DNA of 64,000 bases from Dehalococcoidia bacterium (GTDB lineage Bacteria; Chloroflexota; Dehalococcoidia; UBA2979): positions 13,029-77,028 of the forward strand of contig CBDHDI010000018.1 of assembly GCA_965261685.1 (NCBI GenBank), read 5' to 3'. A program made the translations under genes and the position numbers. How positions within the stretch are numbered: the stretch's first letter is position 1; every line of letters starts with the position of its first letter. The notes beneath the pieces are model-generated. The model was not told where the DNA came from. It made no database searches and saw only the letters and a program-made list of their open reading frames with translations. Below are positions 50,354 through 60,915 of the stretch, piece by piece.

Positions 50354-50574
50354 CGGTCACTTTCCCTTCTGGAGCGGGTCTCGCTCACATGGTAACGCAC
50401 CCAGTCACATAGTTGTCGGCTTCCTGTCGCATGGCAGTAAGTGATTTCGGAGATTCGCTGCGGAAGGGGGCTGAAACACGTTGAAGGGCCTCGCTTGCGC
50501 TGCTACGTTTCAGCGGACCAGAACGGTCGTACTCACCCGGTAGCGAGTACCCCTCCCACTACCCGGATAGAGCG

Positions 50575-50775
50575 ATGCGCAGCCGATCCGCAGACCCCCG
50601 ACGCCACCTCACCAAGGAGCAGGACGAACAGCGCCTGCGCGGACTGCGCGCCCTCGCGCGGCTGATCGTGCGCGCCCACCTCGCCGCCGGCGCCGGCGGC
50701 GAGGCGTCCCCCACCGGCGCGCGCGCCGAAGCCGAACCCGAGCCGACCGCGGAGGAGGACCGCCATGCCGAGTAA
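50575..50775 (+). CDS. Small 'GLRxLARII' family protein, copy D
   Basis: LTKEQDEQRLRGLRALARLIVRAHL; first gene of the HTH operon. Confidence 0.65.
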   Translation: MRSRSADPRRHLTKEQDEQRLRGLRALARLIVRAHLAAGAGGEASPTGARAEAEPEPTAEEDRHAE

Positions 50776-51004
50776 GACGGCCCGCTCGACGGTGGAGGTC
50801 AAAGCGCAGGCGGTCTGGGAGCGCATGGCGCGCCTCAGCCTCACCCAGAACGCGCTCGCCCGGCTGCTCGACATCACGTCCGGTCACCTCTCGCTCATCC
50901 TGAGCGGGCGCAGGCGCCCCTCCGCCGCGCTGCGCGCGCGGATGCTGCGCCTGCTCCGCGCCTCCTTCGACGATCTCTTCTACGTGGTGCACCCCGATGC
51001 GTAG
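50765..51004 (+). CDS. XRE/Cro HTH protein
   Basis: LTQNALARLLDITSGHLSLILSGRRRPS...FDDLF; GGAGG RBS. Confidence 0.85.
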   Translation: MPSKTARSTVEVKAQAVWERMARLSLTQNALARLLDITSGHLSLILSGRRRPSAALRARMLRLLRASFDDLFYVVHPDA

Positions 51005-51290
51005 GGCGCCGGCAGCCCCCGAGACGGCCTTCCCGCCCGGCGTGGCGCTCCTCCCGGAGGACTTCGCGGCGCGGCTCGTGGCGGTCAAGGAGCGCACCGG
51101 CCTGCCCTGGGAGCGGATGGCGGTCTGCATGGGCGTGGATCCCCGCCAGCTCTGGCGCTGGCGCCAGGGCGCCTCGCCCGGCGGCGGCGCGATGCTCTCG
51201 CTCGTGCGGCTCGCGACGCTGGTGCCCGGAGGTCTGGCCGCGCTGCTGGGCGAGGAGCTGATCGTCGTGCGCCCGGAGCGGAGGCGCTGA
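50997..51290 (+). CDS. HTH protein
   Basis: LPEDFAARL...GLPWERMAVCMGVDPRQLWRWRQG. Confidence 0.75.
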   Translation: MRRAPAAPETAFPPGVALLPEDFAARLVAVKERTGLPWERMAVCMGVDPRQLWRWRQGASPGGGAMLSLVRLATLVPGGLAALLGEELIVVRPERRR

Positions 51291-51604
51291 TGGGACGCCG
51301 TCAGCAGCACGTCTACCACACCGAGCCGGCGCGCTTGCCGCCGGACTTCCCCGAGCGCCTCGATCGCCTGCGCCGCGAGGCGGGGCTGAGCTGGCGGGGG
51401 CTGGCGCGGGCGCTGCGCGTCGACGTGCGCACGCTGCGGCGCTGGCGCAACGGCACGGCGCCCGGCCCCGGCCATCTCTACGCGCTGATGGTCTTCGCAC
51501 TGGAACGCGGCCTCCTGCACTGCCTGCTGCCGGGCGCGGCGCTGCTCGTCGACGAGGCCGAGGCGGTACCGCCGCGGCTGCTCCCGAAGGGCGACACCCC
51601 GTGA
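51290..51604 (+). CDS. XRE HTH protein
   Basis: DFPERLDRLRREAGLSWRGLARALRVDVRTLRRWRNG; paralogue of the preceding gene. Confidence 0.8.
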   Translation: MGRRQQHVYHTEPARLPPDFPERLDRLRREAGLSWRGLARALRVDVRTLRRWRNGTAPGPGHLYALMVFALERGLLHCLLPGAALLVDEAEAVPPRLLPKGDTP

Positions 51605-51891
51605 GCGCCTCGAGGCGGCGGCGCGAGCGGATGCGCGTGCTGGTCGGGGCGATCGCCCGCTACCGGGCCAGGCACGGCTATGCGCCGAGCATGCGCGAAC
51701 TGATGAGGGCGACGGGGCTCTCCTCCACCTCCAACGTGGCGTACTGGCTGGACGCGTGCGAGCGCGCGGGCCTGATCGTGCGTGCGCCCCGCCTGGCGCG
51801 CGCGGTGACCCTGACGGCGGCGGGAGAGGCCATCGCCGGACCGGCCGCGGAGGAGGCAGCGCCGCCCGCGGCCCAGGGGCGTGCGGCGTAG
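51601..51891 (+). CDS. Stand-alone LexA-type winged-helix DNA-binding domain
   Basis: HGYAPSMRELMRATGLSSTSNVAYWL...GLIVRAPRLARAV; no S24 peptidase domain. Confidence 0.85.
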   Translation: MSASRRRRERMRVLVGAIARYRARHGYAPSMRELMRATGLSSTSNVAYWLDACERAGLIVRAPRLARAVTLTAAGEAIAGPAAEEAAPPAAQGRAA

Positions 51892-51922
51892 CGGCGGCCC
51901 CGCGCGCGGGGCTGCGCCCGGT

Positions 51923-52291
51923 TCAGCTCCCGGCGCGGCGTTGCCTGCGCCGCTCCGACTTCACGAAGCGGATGTAGTTGCGGATCGACTCGATGTCCTC
52001 CATGGGGAGGCCGCTGACGGCGTCGCGGAATGAGACTTCGGCTTCCCTGAGCATCTCCGCCTCCGCCTCGTCGCGGCCCTCGAGCGCCGCGACGCTCGTC
52101 GCGCAGTGGTAGGCGATCGCGGCGAGGTTCGCGTGGTTGGGCTTCATCCGCCCGGCCTCCCAGCACCAGACGCTGTGCGGGCGCACGCCGACGAGCTCGC
52201 CGAGGCGCTTCTGCGTGAAGCCGGCGCGCTCGCGGGCCACGCGCACGCGCGCGCCGAACTCCTTCCAGCGGTAGCCGCCCGCTGCTGTCAT
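51923..52291 (-). CDS. XRE-family repressor
   Basis: FGARVRVARERAGFTQKRLGELVGVRPHSVWCWEAGRMKP; GAGGAG RBS. Confidence 0.88.
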   Translation of the reverse strand: MTAAGGYRWKEFGARVRVARERAGFTQKRLGELVGVRPHSVWCWEAGRMKPNHANLAAIAYHCATSVAALEGRDEAEAEMLREAEVSFRDAVSGLPMEDIESIRNYIRFVKSERRRQRRAGS

Positions 52292-52729
52292 CCGCTCCTC
52301 CTCGGGCCGCTCCCCGCCCGCTTCATGATAGAAAGTCCGTTCTCGCTGTTGCGATGGCATGCAGCGCATAGCGTAGACCGCAGCCACGGGGCTGCTCGCG
52401 TCCGTGCCTGCGGGCGCCCGCGTGACGGCCGATCGGCGTGGCGCCGGACGACCCGGAAGGCGGCTGCGGGCAGGCGCTCTCGCAGCGGCCTGCGCGGCTC
52501 GGCGAAGTGCCGCGGGGCGGGCGATCCGCTCCGCTACCCGATCCAGTATGCAATATCACAGAACGTGCGTGCTATCATGACTCCGCTCCGCCCGGGGGCG
52601 GTCGCGATCGGGTATACGGGGACGTGACCATGCGGGTGGCGGCGTTGTCCGTCGAGAGCGCCGCCGGCGTTCGCCGTGAGCTCCGTGATCACCGCGAGCA
52701 CGCATGGCAGACCAGCCAGGAGGAGAGCC

Positions 52730-53941
52730 ATGCAACGAGACCACGAGGCGGAGGATGACCGCCGCTCACCCGGGGGCGACGAGTTCCCCAACCTGCTGGA
52801 GACCCTCACTTCAGAGGAGCTGCGGCAGATGCTGGAGCGCGTGAACGCCGACCTCGCGGCCAGCCCCGATGATGTCGATTCGCTCTGCGTACGAGGCCTC
52901 CTCCACCAGCGGCTGGGCGACGACCGCCGCGCGAAGGAGGACTTCGGCAGGGCGCTCCAGCTTGCCCCGGGCAACGCCGAGGCCCACCGCTACCGCGCGC
53001 ACGCCAGCGCCGAGCTGGGGGAGCACCAGACGGCGGTGGGGCACTACGACATGGTCATCCAGCTCGAGGCGGGGGATGCCGTCACGCACTACAGCAGGGG
53101 CGCCTCACTCGCTGAACTGGGCGATATGGCCGGCGCGCTGCGGGACTTCGACAGGGCCATCGAGCTGAGCCCCGACGACCCGGACGCGTACTACAACCGG
53201 GGCTGCACGTACGCCGAGCTGGGCGAGCCGGACAGGGCGGTGGAGGACCTGAGCCGGGCGATCGCGCTCTCGCCCCGGCTCACGCTCGCGTACCACCACC
53301 GGGGTCTCGCCTACCGCGAGCTGGGGGAAGCGGAGCAGGCGATCAGGGACTTCGGGGCCGCCATCGAGCTGGAGCCGGTCAACAACGTCTCGCGCTACGC
53401 GCGGGCGGTGTCCGAGCTGCAGCGCGGCGCGCACGACTTCGCGCTCAGGGACCTCGACGCGGTGCTGGCCGTCGACCCCGACAATGCCGAGGCGCTCCAT
53501 GCTAGGGGGATCACGCTCGGCGCCCTGGACCGGCCCGACGACGCGATCGCGGACTTCGACCGGTCGTTGCTGCTCGATCCCGACAACCCCGTGACCCTCG
53601 CCGCGAGAGGGTTCGCGCACGACAACCTCGGTCAGTACGACCGCGCCGTCGAGGACTACACGCGGGGCATCGCGATCGACCCGGCCGACCGCAGGGTGCG
53701 CTTCGCCAGGGGAGTCGCCCGCATGTATCTCGGCGCCGACGAGGAAGCGATCGAGGACTTCAACGCCATCCTGGAGGTCAACCCCGACGAACCAGGCGCC
53801 CTCTACGCGAGGGGGGTGGCCCGGCAGTCGCTGGGGAGGGACGGCGAGGCGGCCGAGGACTTCGACAGACTCTCCGAACTCGCCCCGGAGGAAGACCCTC
53901 GAGGCGACGCTCCTGGACTCCCGCCCGACGCCGACGCATGA
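52730..53941 (+). CDS. TPR-repeat protein
   Basis: About ten AYYNRG...A..DF.RAIEL.P repeats; AGGAG RBS. Confidence 0.92.
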   Translation: MQRDHEAEDDRRSPGGDEFPNLLETLTSEELRQMLERVNADLAASPDDVDSLCVRGLLHQRLGDDRRAKEDFGRALQLAPGNAEAHRYRAHASAELGEHQTAVGHYDMVIQLEAGDAVTHYSRGASLAELGDMAGALRDFDRAIELSPDDPDAYYNRGCTYAELGEPDRAVEDLSRAIALSPRLTLAYHHRGLAYRELGEAEQAIRDFGAAIELEPVNNVSRYARAVSELQRGAHDFALRDLDAVLAVDPDNAEALHARGITLGALDRPDDAIADFDRSLLLDPDNPVTLAARGFAHDNLGQYDRAVEDYTRGIAIDPADRRVRFARGVARMYLGADEEAIEDFNAILEVNPDEPGALYARGVARQSLGRDGEAAEDFDRLSELAPEEDPRGDAPGLPPDADA

Positions 53942-54069
53942 CTGTCACGCGAGCCTGCCGGCGTTGCAGTCTCCCTACGGCAGGAACAGCCGGCATGCCG
54001 ACGCCGCCTCGCGCGAAAGGGGTGCGCCCGTCCTCCGCGTCGCTCTCGTCCTGAGGCCGGTCGCACCGG

Positions 54070-54170
54070 CGCTCCGACGTGCTGATCGCTGAACCGGGCG
54101 CCGGCAAGACAACGGCATTCGAGTCCGAGACCCGTGGCGTCCGGGGCCGGTTCTCACGCAAGGGCGCCTA
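54070..54170 (+). pseudogene. Relic of a P-loop (NACHT-like) NTPase N-terminus
   Basis: Translates as VLIAEPGAGKTTAFESE; no surrounding ORF. Confidence 0.35.
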
Positions 54171-54309
54171 CGGGTTACCGGACGGCTGGGATCGCGCCGT
54201 GCGACAGCAACGTGCGGAACGACGAGAGGGGCTGTCGTTCCGCACGTCGTAGGGCATCGCGCAACCTCCCCCAGTGCACAGCCGGAAGAGTTTCCCGTCT
54301 TGTCGCCCC

Positions 54310-55956
54310 TTACTGACCCGGCCCGCTGACGGTCATCTCCAGCCTGTTGGACAGCTTCTTGTCGTCCTGCGTGCAGATGGCGCCTGCCGGGGCGCAGTGC
54401 GTGGGTATGGGGAGCACGATGGTCACCGTCCCGTCGCCGTCGGGCTGGAGGGTTATCTCCCATCCGGCGTTCTTGCCCCTCTCAAGCCGCCGTGCCTTGA
54501 TCACCTCGCCTGCGGTGACGTCGAAGGCGTGGTCCCGCAGGGTCTTGTAGCTGAGGCCGAATTCCTCGCTGAAGCGCAGTTCGAAGGTGAAGGCGGCGTT
54601 CCCGTCGTGGCTGGCGGGGACCTGGCTCGTCCGGGCCGTCAGCGCCTCCTGCCGGGCCACGGTGGCCGAGACCGCCCGCGCGAGGGGCTGTTCGTTCGCG
54701 CACACGGCGTTCGCCCCGGCGCAGTCGCGCACGGGAAGCGTGATCGTGACGTCGCCTGCCTGTGTCGGCTCCACCGTCACCTCCCAGCGCTTGCTCCGAT
54801 CGGCGCCGTTCGGGTCCAGCCTCCTCGCCCCGGTCACCTCGCCGCCGCTCACCTCCAGGATGTCGTTGACCACTGTCCTCCAGCTCGTCACCGCCACCTT
54901 GTTGAAGTACAGCTCGAAGGTGAACGCCGTTGCGCCGTCGTGGTGGTCCGGTACGTTCCTGAACTCGGCGGTGAATGGCGTGATGGCCGCCGCCACCGGC
55001 GCCGTCGCCGCGCTGGTGAGAATCTCTGGGTTGCCGGCGTCATCGTCGAAGGTCACCCGGACCTTGACGGCTTGCCCCTGCTCGCTGGACGTGAGGGTGT
55101 GGCTGGACCCGGTGGCGCCGGTGATGTCGGCCGTTCCGGCGATCCACTGGTAGGTGAACGCGGCGTTGGCGGTCCCGTCGGCGTCGGATATGCCGGCGGT
55201 GGATGCGGTCAACGTCCGGCCCACCTGGACAGTGCCGGTGATGGTGGGGGCGCCCGTAGCCGGGGTGTTCGACTGTTGCTGGTTCCCCTGACGTGGGACA
55301 GCGACCTCCACGGCGCTGGACAGCATCCTGCCGTCTGGTGTGCAGATGGCTCCCTGGCCGGTGCAGTTGGTTGTTGCGGGGAGGGACACGGTCACCCCGG
55401 CGTCTCCGTCCGGCTCCACGGTGATTTCCCACCCCATGCTGCTGGGAGGATTCAGACGGCTGGCGTTCACGATATCACCGCCCGTCACCGTGAAGGCATG
55501 GTCCTGCAGCGTCTTGTAGCTGATTGAAAACTCCTCACTGAGGCGCAGCTTGAAGGTGAATGCGGTCTGCCCGTCATGGGAGTCCGGCGCGTCGTGAATG
55601 GTGGCGGTCAGCGGCGGCAGGGCCACCGCGAACGTCGCTGCACTGATGAGCTCCTCGCTGTTGCCCGCGTCGTCGGTGAATCTCACCTTCACCTTGATGC
55701 TCTTGCCCTGCTCGCCGGACGTGAGGGTGTGGCTGGACCCGGTGGCTCCGGCGATGTCTGCCGTTCCGGCGATCCACTGGTGGGCGAAGGTGGCCAGGGT
55801 CAGCCCGTCGGCGTCGGATATGCCCGACGTGTCCGCCGTCAACGTCTCCCCCACCTGGGCCGTGCCGGTGATGGCGGGCGCTCCGGTGGCCGGGCTGTTG
55901 GCGGCCTCCTTGTCCGGCTCCTTCGGCTCGCTGTTCTGCGACCGCGGCCCGGACAC
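54310..55956 (-). pseudogene. 5'-truncated surface protein with repeated Ig-like modules
   Basis: Two ATGAP.ITGT.QVG.TLTA.T.GISDADG modules and three P.SHDG..AFTF.L modules. No signal peptide; abuts the IS1111 fragment. Confidence 0.75.
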
Positions 55957-56004
55957 CGCCTTCCCGGCATGCGAAAGATCGGCGTCTACGCTCGTGGACT
56001 GGCT

Positions 56005-56422
56005 GCGCGCTTCTTCGCGTTCCGTGCTCCTGTTCCCGCGTAGCGCTCACCCCAGCGACGCAGATCGGTATCCGGCCCGAAGGGACCGAGGATGTAGTGC
56101 GCAGCCTGCACCAGCAGCCGGCGTAGGCCTGCGTCGCCGCTCTTGCCGATGCCGAGTTGCGGCGCGCGCTCGCCCGAGTCGCGCTGCCGCGGCACGAGCC
56201 CGAGGTAGGCCCCCACCTCACGGTTCTGCGGGAAGCGCCCCGGGTTCTCGATCGTCAGCACGAACGTGAGCGCGGTGATCGGCCCCACGCCGGTGACCTG
56301 GCGCAGCGCCGCGGTCTCGGGGTGGGCCTCGCACAACGCCTCGACCTCCCGCCCGGCCGCCGCGATGCGCACGGTCAGCTCGCCAATCGCCTCCACCAGC
56401 GGCAGCAGCGCCGGGCGCAGCC
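56005..56422 (-). pseudogene. 3' fragment of IS1111 transposase (partner of 62888-63459)
   Basis: LRPALLPLVEAIGEL...NAKKRA; homologous to 39630-40718. Truncated before the stop and the non-coding region. Confidence 0.88.
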
Positions 56423-58050
56423 TGTCGACGAGCAGCGATTTCGTCAGTGCAAGAGAGCAGCGACTTTGTCAGTCCCGCCGTCTCCGTCGGAGGATGCCGC
56501 GGTGCCGGTCTGGCGTCCAGGCACGCCGTTGGCCCGGACGTAGCTGCTGACGGTGTCGCGGGAGATCCCGAGCAGCCTGGCGGTTGCCCGCATCGAGAGT
56601 CCCTGTAGCCGCGCCTGCTGGATCGCCTTCCAGCGGGCGCGCTGTCGGGGCGTGGGTGGGCGGAGCTGCTTGCTCCCGGGCGCGGGCTTCACGGCGGCCC
56701 CGTTGGGCGCACCCTCCGCCGCCGGGACGGCAGGCGCCACGGGGAGCCGCCGGGGTGCTCCTCCGGAACCGAGCCCTGAGGCGATGCGCTCGTGGTCGGG
56801 GTTCCGGGCCAGCTCGGAGCGCGCCGCCCTCAACACCCCGGCGCGCGGCGGCGCCTCGCGCGAGGCGATCGTCTCCCCCTGGTGCAGGACGGAGAGCTCG
56901 CCGCCCGGCCGTTCCAGCACCTCGACCCGTGCCCCGGCGTAGCTGGTCCGCTCGCGCCCGGGCAGCAGCTGGAGCGTGCGCCAGCGATACTTGACCGTGT
57001 TGTCGCGGGCGACGCTGCGGGGGTGCCGGAAGCCGAGGATGGAGGCGAGCGGGAGCGCGGGGTCGAGCGGGCGGTAGGCCACCGCGGGCTCTGCCGCAGG
57101 GACCCGGAAGCGGGCGTTGAAGCGCGGCAGGAAGCGCTCGAGCACGGTCTGGGCCTCGGCGATGGTGGAAGCCGAGGCGTCGCTGAGTTCGGTCACCAAC
57201 CGGTCCTGGAACGTCCCTGCGGCACGTTCCACGCGGCCCTTCGCCTGCGGTGAGCGGGCGAAGATCTGGGTGATCCCGAGTTCCCGCATCGCCCGTGCGA
57301 ATTGGGTTGCGACCTTCAGGCCCCGCCGTCCGTCGGAGGAGGCTTTGAAGACGCCGTGGCGGTCGCTGTAGAGGGCGAGCGGGATGCCGCAGAGCCGGAC
57401 GATCTCCTCCAGCAGGAGGAAGTAGCCGCGCGCGTCCTCGACGGGGCGGAAGAGGGCGTGCACGGCTGCGCCGGTCGCATCGTCGACGGCGAGCAGCAAG
57501 GCGAAGCGCGGACCGCGTTGCTCGAGCCAGGCGTGGTGGCTGCCGTCGACCTGGAGCAGCATCCCCTCGCGGGGCATCCGCTCACGCCGGACACGGTGCT
57601 CGGGGGGCCGGCGGCGGCGGGGACTCGCGATGCCGGCCCGCGCCAGGATCCGGCGGACGGTCCAACTGCTCACGTCCAGGTCCTCGTGCTCCCAGAGCAA
57701 CTCGGCGAGGTGGGTGTGGTTCGCTCCCGGGTAGCGGGTGCTGGCGAAGCGCACCACGGCCGCGGCGACGGCGGCCGGGACGGCGTTGTGCGGACGGCGC
57801 CCGCGGTTGCCGTGCTCCAACGCGGCGGTTCCGCGCGCACGGTAGGCGGCGAGGAGCCGCCACGCGTGTCGCTCGCTGATGCCCAGGATCTCGGCGGCCT
57901 GCGAGGCCCGCAGATCTCCGGCCATCACCCCTTCGAGTACGTAGCGTCGTGCTTCTTCGGACTGCTGCACCTGTCACCCCCTGCTCGCTGGCTGGGGACT
58001 GACAGAATCGCTGCTCCGTTAACTACTGACCGAATCGCTGCTCAACGACA
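56423..58050 (-). mobile_element. ISNCY/IS1202-like element (second subtype)
   Basis: Ends TGTCGACGAGCAGCGAT and ATCGCTGCTCAACGACA with internal repeats. Confidence 0.92.
56444..57970 (-). CDS. ISNCY/IS1202-like transposase
   Basis: LQVDGS, DDATG, YSDRH and PQAKGRVER motifs. Confidence 0.93.
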   Translation of the reverse strand: MQQSEEARRYVLEGVMAGDLRASQAAEILGISERHAWRLLAAYRARGTAALEHGNRGRRPHNAVPAAVAAAVVRFASTRYPGANHTHLAELLWEHEDLDVSSWTVRRILARAGIASPRRRRPPEHRVRRERMPREGMLLQVDGSHHAWLEQRGPRFALLLAVDDATGAAVHALFRPVEDARGYFLLLEEIVRLCGIPLALYSDRHGVFKASSDGRRGLKVATQFARAMRELGITQIFARSPQAKGRVERAAGTFQDRLVTELSDASASTIAEAQTVLERFLPRFNARFRVPAAEPAVAYRPLDPALPLASILGFRHPRSVARDNTVKYRWRTLQLLPGRERTSYAGARVEVLERPGGELSVLHQGETIASREAPPRAGVLRAARSELARNPDHERIASGLGSGGAPRRLPVAPAVPAAEGAPNGAAVKPAPGSKQLRPPTPRQRARWKAIQQARLQGLSMRATARLLGISRDTVSSYVRANGVPGRQTGTAASSDGDGGTDKVAALLH

Positions 58051-59195
58051 TTCCGATCGCTCTAAAACCCGACCGCTGATCGGTCTAAAACTCGGCCACT
58101 CCAGGGCATGGCCCACCCTTGTGTCGGCGGGAGCCGGACGAGGTTGGGAGGAAGGGGATGCTCGGAGTGCAGGACATCTACGCGCTGCGGCACAAGGTCT
58201 TCGTCGAGGGCAAGAGCCAGCGCCAGGTGGCGCGCGAGATGGGGCTCGCGCGCGACACGGTGCGGCGCTACCTCGCGACGCCGCTGCCGGAGCCACGGAA
58301 GCGCAAGCGGCCGCGGCCGGTGCTGGAGCAGGTGCGGCCGCGCCTGGAGCAGTTGGTCGAGGAGTGGTCGGAGCGCACCACCGCGAAGCAGCGCATCACG
58401 GGCCGGAGGCTGCAGCGGGCGCTGCGCGAGGAGGGCTACGAGGTCGGGCTGACGCTCGTGCTCGAGTATCTGCGCGAGTGGCGCCGCACGCGCGCCGAGG
58501 TCTACGTGCCGCTGGTCCACCGCCCGGGCGAGAGCGCGCAGGCCGACTTCTTCGAGGTCAGCGTCGAGCTCTCAGGCGAGCGGCGCAAGGCCTGGCTCTT
58601 CCTGATGCGGCTGATGCACTCGGGGCGCGACTTCGTCCGGCTCTATGAGCGCCAGGACCAGCTCGCCTTCCTCGACGGTCACGTGCGGGCCTTCGCCCAC
58701 TTCGGCGGGGTGCCCCGGCGCACGGTCTACGACAACCTCGCAGCCGCGGTGCGGCGGGTGCAGTTCCCGCGCCGCGCCCTGACCGAGCGCTTCGCGGCGC
58801 TCGCCAGCCACTACGGCGTCGAGCCCTGCTTCGCGCGCCCCGGCGAGGGGCACGACAAGGGCGGCGTGGAGTCACGGGGCAGGGGCGTGCGGCTGCAGGT
58901 GCTCACGCCGATCCCCCGCGGCGACTCGATGCATGAGCTCTCGGAGCAGATGCAGGGGGAGGTCGACCGCCTGGCGCCGCAGCGGGTCTGGGAGCGCTTC
59001 GCCAGCGAGCAGCCGGTGCTGCGCCCCCTGCCGGATGTGGCGTTCGAGGCGCGGCGGCTGCAGCCGGTCTCGGTCAGCCGCAGCGCGCTGGTGCGCGTCG
59101 AGGGCGCCTGGTACTCGGTGCCGGAGCGCTGGGCGGGGCTCTCGGTCATGGCCTGGGTGGGCGTGGAGGAGGTGACGCTCAGCCTCGGGACGGAG
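58051..59195 (+). mobile_element. IS21-family element, 5' part
   Basis: Tandem GATCG.TCTAAAAC.CG.CC.CT end repeats (terminal TG missing) followed by istA. Confidence 0.8.
58158..59195 (+). pseudogene. istA: IS21 transposase interrupted by IS1111 and group II intron
   Basis: QADFFE, YDNL, HDKGGVE and YSVP motifs; homology stops at ...VTLSLGTE. Confidence 0.87.
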
Positions 59196-59257
59196 ATTCG
59201 CGGTAGGAGCGCCGGTTGCCCGGCGCCCCCCGCACAGATCCGGACGTGCGCGCTAAC

Positions 59258-60915
59258 CCGGGATCCACCGAAGAAGAGCGCATGAGCGGTTGCGGTTGGG
59301 TGCTCCGCTGTAGCTGGGACAATGGTTTTTGACCGAATCACGTCACAGCCACAGGGAGCACCCATTCGATGCTACCAACGAGCGACCCCGACCGGATAGA
59401 CATCGCCTTCGACGACGACCGCCTGGTGGCCGATGCGGGGCTGCTCCTCCCGGCCACGCTCGCCCAGCATCTCGGTTTGCAAGAGCTCGCCGACAGCTAC
59501 CTCGACCTCGGTGACGCGCCGGGCCGGGCGAACGCCGGCGACAAGCTGCTGACCCTGGTCGCCTCGGCGCTCGCGGGCGGCGAGTGCATCGACGACGCCG
59601 CTGCGTTGCGCGCCGGCGGGACGGCGAGCGTGCTCGGTTGCACCGTCAAGGCGCCGTCCACGCTCGGTGTCTTCCTGCGCAGCTTCAGCTGGGGCCACGT
59701 CCGCCAGCTCGACCGCCTCAGCCGCGAGTTGCTCGCCCGCAGCTGGGCGGCCGGAGCGGGCCCGGGCGCGGCGCCGTTCACGATCGACCTCGATTCGACG
59801 ATCTGCGAGACCTACGGCCTGGCGAAGGAGGGCGCCCGGCACCACGGCTACACGGGCGTGCGCGGCTATCACCCGCTGCTCGCCGTTGCGGCCGGGACGG
59901 GTGACGTGCTGATGGCGCGGCTGCGCGAGGGCCGCGCCAACACCGCCCGCGGCGCCGCCCACTTCCTGCGTGAGACGGTGGCGCGGGTGCGCGACGCCGG
60001 GGCGAGCGGGCAGCTCACGGTGCGCGCCGACAGCGGCTTCTACAACCACGCCGTCGTCGCCGTCTGCCGCAAGCAGGATGTCCGCTTCTCCATCACCATT
60101 CGCCAGCAGCCGAACGTACGCACGCTGATCGAGGCGATCCCGGAAGAGGACTGGACGCCGATCCCGTACTGGCTGCCGGGCGGCGCGGATGTCGCCGAGA
60201 CGACCTACACGCCGTTCCAGCACAAGGAGGATGCCACCGCGGTGCGGCTCATCGTGCGGCGCGTCAAGCCGACGCCCGGCTCACAGCTCGCGCTCTTTGC
60301 GAACTATAGTTACCACGCCTTCATCACCGATCGCGCCGGGGAGCTGCTGGAGCTGGAGGCCGACCATCGCCGTCACGCCGAGATCGAGAACACGATCCGT
60401 GACCTCAAGTACGGCGTCGGGCTGAACCATCTCCCCTCGGGCCGCTTCGGCGCGAACGGGGCGTGGCTCGCGGTGCAGGTGATCGCGCACAACCTCGCCC
60501 GCTGGACGGCGCGGCTCGGGCTCGGCGAGGGGATCGTGACGACCAGGACGCTCAGGCGGCGCTACTTCGCTCTCGCCGGACGGCTCACCCATTCTGCACG
60601 GCGCTGGACCCTGCACCTCGCGAAGCGCTGGCCCTGGGCTGGCCAGTGGGCAGCCGCCCTGGCGCGGTTACGGGCGTTACCGCTCCCGGCCTGACGCTCG
60701 CTCACAGCGCCAACACGGGTCCGAGGCTCGCGCCAGCATGCCCGCGCACGCCTCGCGCACCCTCGCGCCGGCGCCCTCAGCGCCCCCGAGCCGCGCTGAG
60801 CGACGCTGAGCGACGGCTCCTCGCTCCGGCACCGCCCGGCGAACGCCGGCACGCCCGCCGAACGCTCCGGCAGCCCGGCAGCCCGCCCCTTCAAGCTTCG
60901 ATCGGTGGATTCGAG
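59258..60915 (+). mobile_element. IS1380-family element, copy 4
   Basis: Same IRs as copy 2; 5-bp TSD CTAAC at 59253-59257 and 60916-60920. Confidence 0.95.
59369..60694 (+). CDS. IS1380-family transposase
   Basis: Near-identical to the other copies. Confidence 0.95.
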   Translation: MLPTSDPDRIDIAFDDDRLVADAGLLLPATLAQHLGLQELADSYLDLGDAPGRANAGDKLLTLVASALAGGECIDDAAALRAGGTASVLGCTVKAPSTLGVFLRSFSWGHVRQLDRLSRELLARSWAAGAGPGAAPFTIDLDSTICETYGLAKEGARHHGYTGVRGYHPLLAVAAGTGDVLMARLREGRANTARGAAHFLRETVARVRDAGASGQLTVRADSGFYNHAVVAVCRKQDVRFSITIRQQPNVRTLIEAIPEEDWTPIPYWLPGGADVAETTYTPFQHKEDATAVRLIVRRVKPTPGSQLALFANYSYHAFITDRAGELLELEADHRRHAEIENTIRDLKYGVGLNHLPSGRFGANGAWLAVQVIAHNLARWTARLGLGEGIVTTRTLRRRYFALAGRLTHSARRWTLHLAKRWPWAGQWAAALARLRALPLPA

